A DNA stretch of 32,000 nt from Raphidiopsis brookii D9. Lineage in GTDB: Bacteria; Cyanobacteriota; Cyanobacteriia; Cyanobacteriales; Nostocaceae. The first letter of the stretch is position 1. Every line of letters begins with the position of its first letter. Under the pieces are notes generated by a model. The model was not told where the DNA came from, did not search any database, and was given only the letters and a program-made list of their open reading frames with translations. Below are positions 20,857-32,000 of this stretch, one piece after another. The stretch lies in assembly GCA_000175855.1 (NCBI GenBank), contig ACYB01000037.1:1-32000 (forward strand), given 5' to 3'. The position numbers and the translations under genes are program-made.

Positions 20857-20872
20857 CTTATTAAAAAAGAGA

Positions 20873-21469
20873 ATGTTAAACAAAGAAACCACTTACTCTC
20901 AAGCAAGGTTGAATTTAGCAACTATCTTAGATCAGGTGTGTGATCAACGGGAAATTGTAGTCATTAAACGTCGTAATGAGAAAAATGTCGCGTTAATTGC
21001 AGAAGATGAACTTTCCAGTTTATTAGAGTGTGTTTATTTATTAAGATCACCTGAAAATGCTAAACGTTTATTTCGAGCTTTAGAATGGACACAAACAGCA
21101 ATGGAAACTCCTCAAACATTGGCTGAATTAAAAGAGGAGTTAGGAATTGAGTGTAAGAAAAAAAAGCCGGATACTCATAATGAAGAAAAAGAATTATGTG
21201 GGTATTTTCCGGTTTTCAGTCCTGATTTTAAAGCAGATTTGGCTTGGTGGTATAATCATGATAGAAAAAAAGGGGATAAGATATTAGATTTAGTAGCGGA
21301 TATTCTTGATGGTCAACCGTTTACAGGCTTAGGTAAACCTGAACCTCTTAAATATATTGCTCCTGATACTTGGTCACGACGCATTGATTTAGAACATCGT
21401 TTGGTTTATAAAGTAACACAAAATAAAGTTTATTTTTTACAAGCTCGTTATCATTATGAATCAGATTAA
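20873..21469 (+). CDS. YefM/Phd-like antitoxin fused in one ORF to a YoeB/Txe-like endoribonuclease toxin (ORF open from 20849; ATG at 20873 preferred)
   Basis: N-term 'TTYSQARLNLATILDQVCDQREIVVIKRRNEKNVALIAEDELSSLLECVYLLRSPENAKRL'; C-term 'DILDGQPFTGLGKPEPLKYIAPDTWSRRIDLEHRLVYKV...FLQARYHYE'. Confidence 0.88.
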   Translation: MLNKETTYSQARLNLATILDQVCDQREIVVIKRRNEKNVALIAEDELSSLLECVYLLRSPENAKRLFRALEWTQTAMETPQTLAELKEELGIECKKKKPDTHNEEKELCGYFPVFSPDFKADLAWWYNHDRKKGDKILDLVADILDGQPFTGLGKPEPLKYIAPDTWSRRIDLEHRLVYKVTQNKVYFLQARYHYESD

Positions 21470-21728
21470 AATCGTAAATCTATTTATTCCTTGACGGGTG
21501 TAGAAGCCAACAGATAAGCTATTGGTTCGGGGGTTCTGATAGAAGGCGATGGAGGCGTTACGGATCTGACATTGAAGTAGGTTTGAGGTAAAACTGTATA
21601 CAAAATGTTGATGGGAATACCAGCATTAAATCCTGTTTTTACCTGAAAAGATCTGCCTGACTCTGTTAACCTAGTTGTGCCGATTGTCTAAGTATGTCCT
21701 TGCATAAATTATTGTTTTATCTAGTTTT

Positions 21729-22967
21729 TCATTGTTTGTGTATCTGAAAATCTGTGGCTTTAACCGATATTTTATCTCTTTTTCTATCATAACTTTCTTG
21801 TAAAATAAAGCTGACTCTCTGCTTTTCTTTACGCAAAAATTTAGGTAACTCTCGTTGTAAGAAGAAGACACGATTGCCAGTATCATCTATAATCCATCCA
21901 TGAGCCTTGTTAGGCGGTAATGATTCAATTGTACCGCAATAACGGGGAATTTCCCGATATATAATTTCTTTCCAGTATTTCCGACATATTTGATTTAACT
22001 TAGTGATATCTCCCTCAAATTTAGTGAATGTTAATTGCTGGTTAGTGATTTCCTGGTTAATTTTTGCTTGTAATTGTTGTAAGGTATCTTTGGCTTTCCA
22101 ACCTTCTCTTTCTCGAATTACCTTGCATAGTTCTAAATGTTGTGCAGACATTTCTAACTTTCCTAGTAATAAGCTTTGCTGACAAATTTTTTCATATAAA
22201 GTAACTTTAATTGTATCTTCTCCCGGAGATAATGCTGCTTGGCAAGCAAACTTTAGGGCTATTTCTGGCTGATTAATACGTAAATATATATCTGATAAAT
22301 CCTGATAAATATACCATTCTTCTCGATGTTTTAGCAAGATATCCTTCAACTCGAGAATAGCTTTTTCTTCTTCTGCTAGATTAGCTAATGCCAAAGCGAA
22401 GAATCTGTAAAAATTGATTTCTTTGGGGTAAAATTTAATTGCTTCTAACGCACAAGCACGAGCTTCTTGCCATAATTCAAGTCCAACCAGGCTTTTTACT
22501 TTAGCAAAAAACCATTGTTCTTTTTTAGATTTCCCCATTCTACCATCAACAAGTACTGGTTCATCACTCAGATCTTCCGATTTTATCAGATTACACCATT
22601 CTAAGACAATATCCCATTTCTCCTTTTGTTTAGCAGCTTTAATCACAGTGAGGACAGTTAATTCTTTAGGTAAAGTATCTGGCTGTAAACTTAAAATTTT
22701 TTCTGCTGATTGTACTAATTGGTGTAAATTTTCTTTGGATGCTTCTGGTTTAATACCATAATCATAATATGACCAAACTAATTCATTCTTAATATATTTA
22801 TTACCAGGAAATTGATTAATTGCTTTATTTCCTTGTTGAATAGACCCTGATGGATACCCACCTTTACGTAAACAATAAAGATAACGACTTGCAGCATAAG
22901 CATTATTTTGATTTTCCCATACTTGGCGAAAAATAGTTCCTGCTTCCTTCCATTGCTGTTGTTTCAC
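21729..22967 (-). CDS. TPR-repeat protein with C-terminal cold-shock-like domain; probable true start at 23007 in another frame
   Basis: Repeated TPR-like helices ('LVGLELWQEARACALEAIKFYPKE...', 'EEWYIYQDLSDIYLRINQPEIALKFACQAAL') and 'YCGTIESLPPNKAHGWIIDDTGNRVFFLQRELPKFLRKEKQRVSFILQE' (cold-shock-like). Called ORF starts with GTG. Confidence 0.8.
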   Translation of the reverse strand: MKQQQWKEAGTIFRQVWENQNNAYAASRYLYCLRKGGYPSGSIQQGNKAINQFPGNKYIKNELVWSYYDYGIKPEASKENLHQLVQSAEKILSLQPDTLPKELTVLTVIKAAKQKEKWDIVLEWCNLIKSEDLSDEPVLVDGRMGKSKKEQWFFAKVKSLVGLELWQEARACALEAIKFYPKEINFYRFFALALANLAEEEKAILELKDILLKHREEWYIYQDLSDIYLRINQPEIALKFACQAALSPGEDTIKVTLYEKICQQSLLLGKLEMSAQHLELCKVIREREGWKAKDTLQQLQAKINQEITNQQLTFTKFEGDITKLNQICRKYWKEIIYREIPRYCGTIESLPPNKAHGWIIDDTGNRVFFLQRELPKFLRKEKQRVSFILQESYDRKRDKISVKATDFQIHKQ

Positions 22968-23036
22968 TAGTTCCGTTGCATTGTTTTATTAATTCATTTT
23001 CATTCATGATAATTAATTCCTGATATATGAATACTC

Positions 23037-24941
23037 CTATGAGTTGAACATGTCAAAACTTGAATCGTTTTTTAATTCCCGTACTAGTTTAGATTGATGA
23101 TGGACATACAAACTCAAATGTTCTTGAGCGCGAGTCATGGCAACATAAATCTGTCTTCTTGCTAAAATTTCAGCGTCTTTTTTACCAATAGAATCATCAA
23201 ACTGTTCTAACCAAATTAATAATACTGCTTTAAACTCTAACCCAAGAGATGAATGCATGGTTATAATTTTGACACCTTCTCTCTTTCCATTATATTGTCT
23301 TTTAGAATTATCATTTTGATTAACCCAGTAAGTGGATATACCTTGCTGATTGAATTTTCTGATAATAGAATCTAATCTTGGTACATATTCCTGACTTTTT
23401 TTTCTATATAAGATAGCTATATCGCGATCATCAATATTTAATGATTTCAAAGAATGGATAGTTGATATAATACATTCCTCTTGTTGATCAGGTGTGCTAG
23501 TTATATAAAGTTTTGGTTTATCCCCCTGTCTCAATGCTAAATCAGGTTTAACCAGAGGGAAAGTGACATCTTCTTCTTCTAAAGGTTCAACTAAATCAGA
23601 GACAGGGTTTAAAACATTCAAAGCAGATGACAGAATTTGATAAGTGTTACGGTAGTTTTTATCTAAGTCAAATTTCTTGCTAATAGTACGACCCTGCGCT
23701 CTAATTCCCACATCGGCCCACCTAAAATTAGACCTTTTATAAAGGCTTTGGTTGCCATCTGCAACAATCATTAAATCACTATTTTCACTATCTTTCAGAG
23801 CATTCAAGCAACACTGAAACCAAATAGGAACAAAAGTATGAGCTTCATCAATAAAAATAGCATCCCATTTCTGTTCTTGTGAATATTCAGATAATTTATT
23901 AATAACTAGGTTACCTATATATTCGTCACGATTTCCTTCAGATTGATTAGGTAATCTACCTAATACAGATTTTGCCCACTCATCAAAATTTCTGACTTCA
24001 ATATTTTGATAATGCTGATTTTGTGAATCTTGATGAAAAACTGATTTTATATGAGCTGCCAAACATACATTGAAACACAGTATTAATATTTTCGCATTAT
24101 GATTTTGGTTGATTAAGTATTTAGCGCGTGAGATTAACAATAGAGTTTTCCCCGAACCAGAGACACCGAAAAAGATACGATGACCATCTCCTATACTTTT
24201 AGACAAAGATTCTTGCTTACTGTCTAATGTTCTTAATATAACATCGCTTGGTAAAATTGAAAATTCAGAATTAAGACTTTTCAATGTAGCTTTTTCTGGT
24301 CTAATAACAATTTCAGGATATATAATTCCCCTGATAGTGCTAATCTGATCAGGTGTTAAAGGAGAAAAAACAAAGTCAATTCCAAACATTTTTTGAAAAC
24401 GCTGGATAATAGTTTTTTCTTGAATATCATCTTCTTCCCATGCCAATAATTCATCACGATAAATTACACTTTGAGTCGGTAGTACATCAGTTAAATTTTT
24501 TCTGTGAGCTTGTTCATAGGTCAAGTTAGACATAACTGCACCAACACCAATGGGAAAACATAAGTTCCCCTGATATTTGCCACATTGATTAGTTAATATT
24601 CTAGTTTCTTTCAGCAGATTTAATAATTTATCCAGATAGTCCTTACCCTGTCGTAAAGGAGACTTCTGTTTTTCAGTTGTCTCTAAATCATTACGATTAT
24701 TCTGAATTTTAAAAGTATCATAGGAAGCTGTAAGTATGTTTTTGGCATACCATCCCTTAACTTCTATAACAAGTAGCCCAAAATCAGGAGACAAAATAAT
24801 AAAGTCAGGATAACGACCATCTATTCTGGGTTCATACCAAACATAGAAATTATCTGATAACTTATTTCTGAGAATATTGTATAATTTCCTTTCTCCCTCA
24901 CTAGCTTTTCCAGGAATAGAGAACGGTATTATAGTTGCCAT
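23037..24941 (-). CDS. NERD (PD-(D/E)XK-like) nuclease domain fused to SF1/UvrD-like helicase
   Basis: N-term 'EGERKLYNILRNKL...VWYEPRIDGRYPDFIILSPDFGLLVIEVKGW' (NERD); 'IFFGVSGSGKTLLLISRAKYL' Walker A; 'WDAIFIDEAHTF' Walker B; 'YRNTYQI', 'ITMHSSLGLEFKAVLLIW' and 'IYVAMTRAQEHLSLYV' UvrD C-terminal motifs. Confidence 0.93.
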   Translation of the reverse strand: MATIIPFSIPGKASEGERKLYNILRNKLSDNFYVWYEPRIDGRYPDFIILSPDFGLLVIEVKGWYAKNILTASYDTFKIQNNRNDLETTEKQKSPLRQGKDYLDKLLNLLKETRILTNQCGKYQGNLCFPIGVGAVMSNLTYEQAHRKNLTDVLPTQSVIYRDELLAWEEDDIQEKTIIQRFQKMFGIDFVFSPLTPDQISTIRGIIYPEIVIRPEKATLKSLNSEFSILPSDVILRTLDSKQESLSKSIGDGHRIFFGVSGSGKTLLLISRAKYLINQNHNAKILILCFNVCLAAHIKSVFHQDSQNQHYQNIEVRNFDEWAKSVLGRLPNQSEGNRDEYIGNLVINKLSEYSQEQKWDAIFIDEAHTFVPIWFQCCLNALKDSENSDLMIVADGNQSLYKRSNFRWADVGIRAQGRTISKKFDLDKNYRNTYQILSSALNVLNPVSDLVEPLEEEDVTFPLVKPDLALRQGDKPKLYITSTPDQQEECIISTIHSLKSLNIDDRDIAILYRKKSQEYVPRLDSIIRKFNQQGISTYWVNQNDNSKRQYNGKREGVKIITMHSSLGLEFKAVLLIWLEQFDDSIGKKDAEILARRQIYVAMTRAQEHLSLYVHHQSKLVRELKNDSSFDMFNS

Positions 24942-25051
24942 GTTGAATTACTTATTATTTATAGTTTTACCACTGTTAATTATAACACTGTATAACCTTG
25001 TATGAGTAACTTAACAACATTTCTTAATATAGCCTTGCGCCAAAACCAAAC

Positions 25052-25080
25052 CGCCCACCCCATAATAAATGGAGTGAGCG
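25052..25080 (-). terminator. rRNA operon terminator candidate
   Basis: On the minus strand, CGCTCACTCCAT-TTATT-ATGGGGTGGGCG, a 12-bp stem with G-U pairs, then a T-rich stretch (GTTTGGTTTTGG). Confidence 0.6.
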
Positions 25081-25095
25081 ATTGTGTAATAATAA

Positions 25096-25214
25096 ACCTG
25101 GCATCGAGCTATTTTGACATAGGGCAACCCCCATACTATCGTCGCCGCAACAGCGTTTCACCTCTGAGTTCGGGAAGGTATCAGTGTGGTTCCACCGCAC
25201 CATAGACACCAGGA
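25096..25214 (-). rRNA. rrf: 5S ribosomal RNA
   Basis: Reverse complement TCCTGGTGTCTATGG...GAACCACACTGAT..CCCGAACTCAGAGGTGAAACG...AAAATAGCTCGATGCCAGG. Confidence 0.95.
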
Positions 25215-25289
25215 AAACCTCTCGGTTTCAAAGTAGTAACTTCAAAACCCTGAAGACTGCATATATTTCGATAAGAGTAAATTTAATTT

Positions 25290-28112
<2,823 letters not shown>

Positions 28113-28212
28113 ACTTACTCTTACTCTTATCTTTCTATATGCAGTTTTCAAGGTTCTGGCTGGTTTATCACCAGCAGTCTAGGTCTTTCCTAGTTGCTGA
28201 AGATACCCAATG

Positions 28213-28285
28213 TGGAGGTTAGCGGACTCGAACCGCTGACATCCTGCTTGCAAAGCAGGCGCTCTACCAACTGAGCTAAACCCCC
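28213..28285 (-). tRNA. tRNA-Ala(TGC), 73 nt, no encoded CCA
   Basis: GGGGGTTTAGCTCAGTTGGTAGAGCGCCTGCTTTGCAAGCAGGATGTCAGCGGTTCGAGTCCGCTAACCTCCA. Confidence 0.98.
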
Positions 28286-28291
28286 ATCAGG

Positions 28292-28365
<74 letters not shown>

Positions 28366-28484
28366 TCTCGCGAACCAAATATTAGTTTGAAAGACTTCAC
28401 AATCTCACGTCACCGACCTAGAGTAGACCATTTGATTCTCTATTCGCTTTCCGCTTTCGATTCTTCAATGGGTAGGTCTCCCTA

Positions 28485-29972
<1,488 letters not shown>

Positions 29973-30133
29973 GTTAAGTTTGTTTTTAGCTCTTTCTTTG
30001 ACTGATTATCTCAGTCTGTCATTATTTTCTTGACGAGTAGATTGCTTTGTACTGTCTTTCAAACTATATTGTTTTCAAGGTTCGGGTGTGCTTGGGAGTC
30101 GCTGTTTCTTGCGTCTCTCTCAGCCACTTAATC

Positions 30134-30162
30134 AATATAGCGAACCTCTTTGAGAATGTCAA
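30134..30162 (-). promoter_or_regulatory. rRNA operon promoter candidate
   Basis: On the minus strand, TTGACA (30157-30162), 17-nt spacer, TATATT (30134-30139). Confidence 0.75.
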
Positions 30163-30275
30163 CTACTTTTTCCACTTTTTTTCTAAAAAAGTTTTTTGCC
30201 AAAATCTTAGGGGCTGAATCCTTTACGGGTCAGGCATTTGAGCCACGGGTGACCTGTTGAAATCTCTGTTTAAGC

Positions 30276-31190
30276 TTGATTACATTTAAACAACTGATGG
30301 AAAATTCGATTAAAAATTTATTGGGTGTATTACCACCGGTTTTGTTGCTTGACCCCATGCTGCGGGTCTGGTTGATGGAAGATATTGGCAGGGGCGATCG
30401 CACGACTCAAGCCCTATTATCCGATCGCCATACTATTGTACAAGCTAGGTGGGTGGCTAAAGCACGGGGGATAATTGCCGGGTTGCCAATTGCAGCTAGG
30501 GTGTTTTACCTATTAAATGACAAAATCAATTTTGTGCCACTCAAGGCTGAGGGAGACCCGTGTCAATCTGATGAAGTAGTAGCAGAAATTACAGGGGCTT
30601 GGGATGGGTTATTGATGGGGGAGCGGGTGGCACTGAATTTGGTCATGCGGTTAAGTGGAATTGCTAGTTTGACTAATATGTATGTGGAAAAAATAGCAGA
30701 TCTGTCCGCTAAGTTTGTTGATACTCGTAAGACCACTCCCGGTTTGAGAATTTTAGAAAAGTATGCTAGTTCGGTGGGTGGAGCTATTAATCATCGTATG
30801 GGATTGGATGATGCGGTGATGATTAAGGATAATCACATAGTGGCAGCTGGCAGTATTACTAAGGCTATTCAACAAGTGCGATCGCAAATCCCATATCCAC
30901 TGACCATTGAGGTAGAAACTGAAACTATAGAGCAGGTTGAGGAAGCGCTACAATGTCAAGCTGACATTATTATGTTGGATAATATGTCTCTGGATATGAT
31001 GACCCAAGCAGTAAGTTTAATTCGTCAACAGGATAAACGGGTGAAAGTTGAAGCATCGGGCAATATTAGCTTAGAGACTATTCGTAGTGTGGCACAAACG
31101 GGTGTGGATTTTATTTCCAGCAGTGCCCCTGTAACTCAATCACGATGGTTAGATCTGAGTATGAGGATAGAGAGTAATTTAGATGACTAA
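30276..31190 (+). CDS. nadC: nicotinate-nucleotide pyrophosphorylase (carboxylating), quinolinate phosphoribosyltransferase
   Basis: 'EDIGRGDRTTQALL', 'ERVALNLVMRLSGIASLT', 'KTTPGLRILEKYASSVGGAINHRMGLDDAVMIKDNHI', 'IEVEVET'-type region 'IEVETETIEQVEEAL'. Confidence 0.97.
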   Translation: MITFKQLMENSIKNLLGVLPPVLLLDPMLRVWLMEDIGRGDRTTQALLSDRHTIVQARWVAKARGIIAGLPIAARVFYLLNDKINFVPLKAEGDPCQSDEVVAEITGAWDGLLMGERVALNLVMRLSGIASLTNMYVEKIADLSAKFVDTRKTTPGLRILEKYASSVGGAINHRMGLDDAVMIKDNHIVAAGSITKAIQQVRSQIPYPLTIEVETETIEQVEEALQCQADIIMLDNMSLDMMTQAVSLIRQQDKRVKVEASGNISLETIRSVAQTGVDFISSSAPVTQSRWLDLSMRIESNLDD

Positions 31191-31196
31191 AAGTGA

Positions 31197-31919
31197 CTAT
31201 AACTCCCTATCAGGAAGATTATAGGTCCAGATAGTTTGAGAACGGGCCATATTTAACCACTGATGGTCAGTGGTCAAATACCCAATTTCCGTCATGTACT
31301 CATGATGGGTTCTGGGAATGGCTAAGTAGTAATCTGACCCTGATTCCTCACACTCATATTCCTTAACCAAAGGAGGAGATTGAACACTCAGATCCAGATT
31401 GGTCACATCATAAAGTCTAATAGCTAGAATGTTACCTCCTCTCTTTTTTGCCAACTGGCGATCGCTCTCGGAAATGTACCAGTGAACATAGGCCCATTTA
31501 GCCGAGCGCGGTACAAAGACAATGGAGCTTCCGGTACCGATTTGAGAATTATTTGGGGGAATGTGATTCTCTATGACTGTTAGAGGAGGGTTGTTGACCA
31601 CTCCAACTGGTGCTTCCATATCCCAAACCAACTCCCCGAAATCTAAGCCTACCGCTTGATCAAAAACATCGGAGTCACTGGCAATTACTTTTTCCGTGGC
31701 GGAGTAATTAACTAGACTCTCATTACTATTCTTGTCCGTGTTGTCCGTTTCTTTCAGAATTCTCCTTTTGGCCCTTTGACTAGAACCTGATATCCCCTCA
31801 GTAGCAAGATTTTTCTTTCGTGGGGATTTTTTACTCATTAATAGCCAAAGTAAGAACGTTAGGACTATTACTAGAAAGAATAAACCAATTAACACTCCTA
31901 GGAGTTTTCCGTTTCCCAC
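31197..31919 (-). CDS. membrane-anchored DUF4912-domain protein
   Basis: N-terminal TM 'LLGVLIGLFFLVIVLTFLLWLLM'; 'FVPRSAKWAYVHWYISESDRQLAKKRGGNILAIRLYDVTNLD' is the DUF4912 core. Confidence 0.88.
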   Translation of the reverse strand: MGNGKLLGVLIGLFFLVIVLTFLLWLLMSKKSPRKKNLATEGISGSSQRAKRRILKETDNTDKNSNESLVNYSATEKVIASDSDVFDQAVGLDFGELVWDMEAPVGVVNNPPLTVIENHIPPNNSQIGTGSSIVFVPRSAKWAYVHWYISESDRQLAKKRGGNILAIRLYDVTNLDLSVQSPPLVKEYECEESGSDYYLAIPRTHHEYMTEIGYLTTDHQWLNMARSQTIWTYNLPDREL

Positions 31920-32000
31920 AACACTGGAAAATAGCCGACTAGCATAGCCAAAATAATTACCATTATTTATTCCTGGGGAGACAGAACTTGACAGCAGCCC

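Noticed and set aside
21671-21886. Minus ORF 21671..21886 (71 aa)
   Set aside because: Overlaps the C-terminal coding part of the TPR protein in another frame.

Overview
The window is a 32 kb chromosomal segment from a filamentous cyanobacterium. Support for this comes from HIP1 GCGATCGC sites, psbA, a 16S-Ile-Ala-23S-5S operon, and DUF29, DUF4912 and DUF5895 families; a Nostocales/Raphidiopsis-like origin is inference. Most of it is housekeeping: aminopeptidase P, a PfkB/adenosine-type kinase, a MoaD/ThiS-like protein plus threonine synthase, acnB, a PHP phosphoesterase, an MltA transglycosylase, a DUF4129-DUF4350-MoxR-DUF58 cluster, psbA, a complete rRNA operon on the minus strand, nadC and a DUF4912 protein. 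The accessory part is about 20.8-24.95 kb. It contains (i) a YefM/YoeB-like antitoxin and toxin fused in one ORF, behind a sigma70-like promoter overlapped by two TGTACA palindromes, and (ii) a tightly spaced minus-strand pair, a NERD-nuclease/SF1 UvrD-like helicase and a TPR protein with a C-terminal cold-shock-like domain, placed directly downstream of the rRNA operon. That pair is my best candidate for an under-described defence or nucleic-acid-processing module. A second small accessory patch at 13.1-14.8 kb holds a TIR-like/nucleotide-binding protein and a NADAR (YbiA-like) protein. Several gene ends (pepP 3', kinase 5', TPR 5', the TA fusion) look as if they carry single-base indels, so sequence quality or real decay must be checked first. 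I ran no database searches; family calls come from motif recognition.
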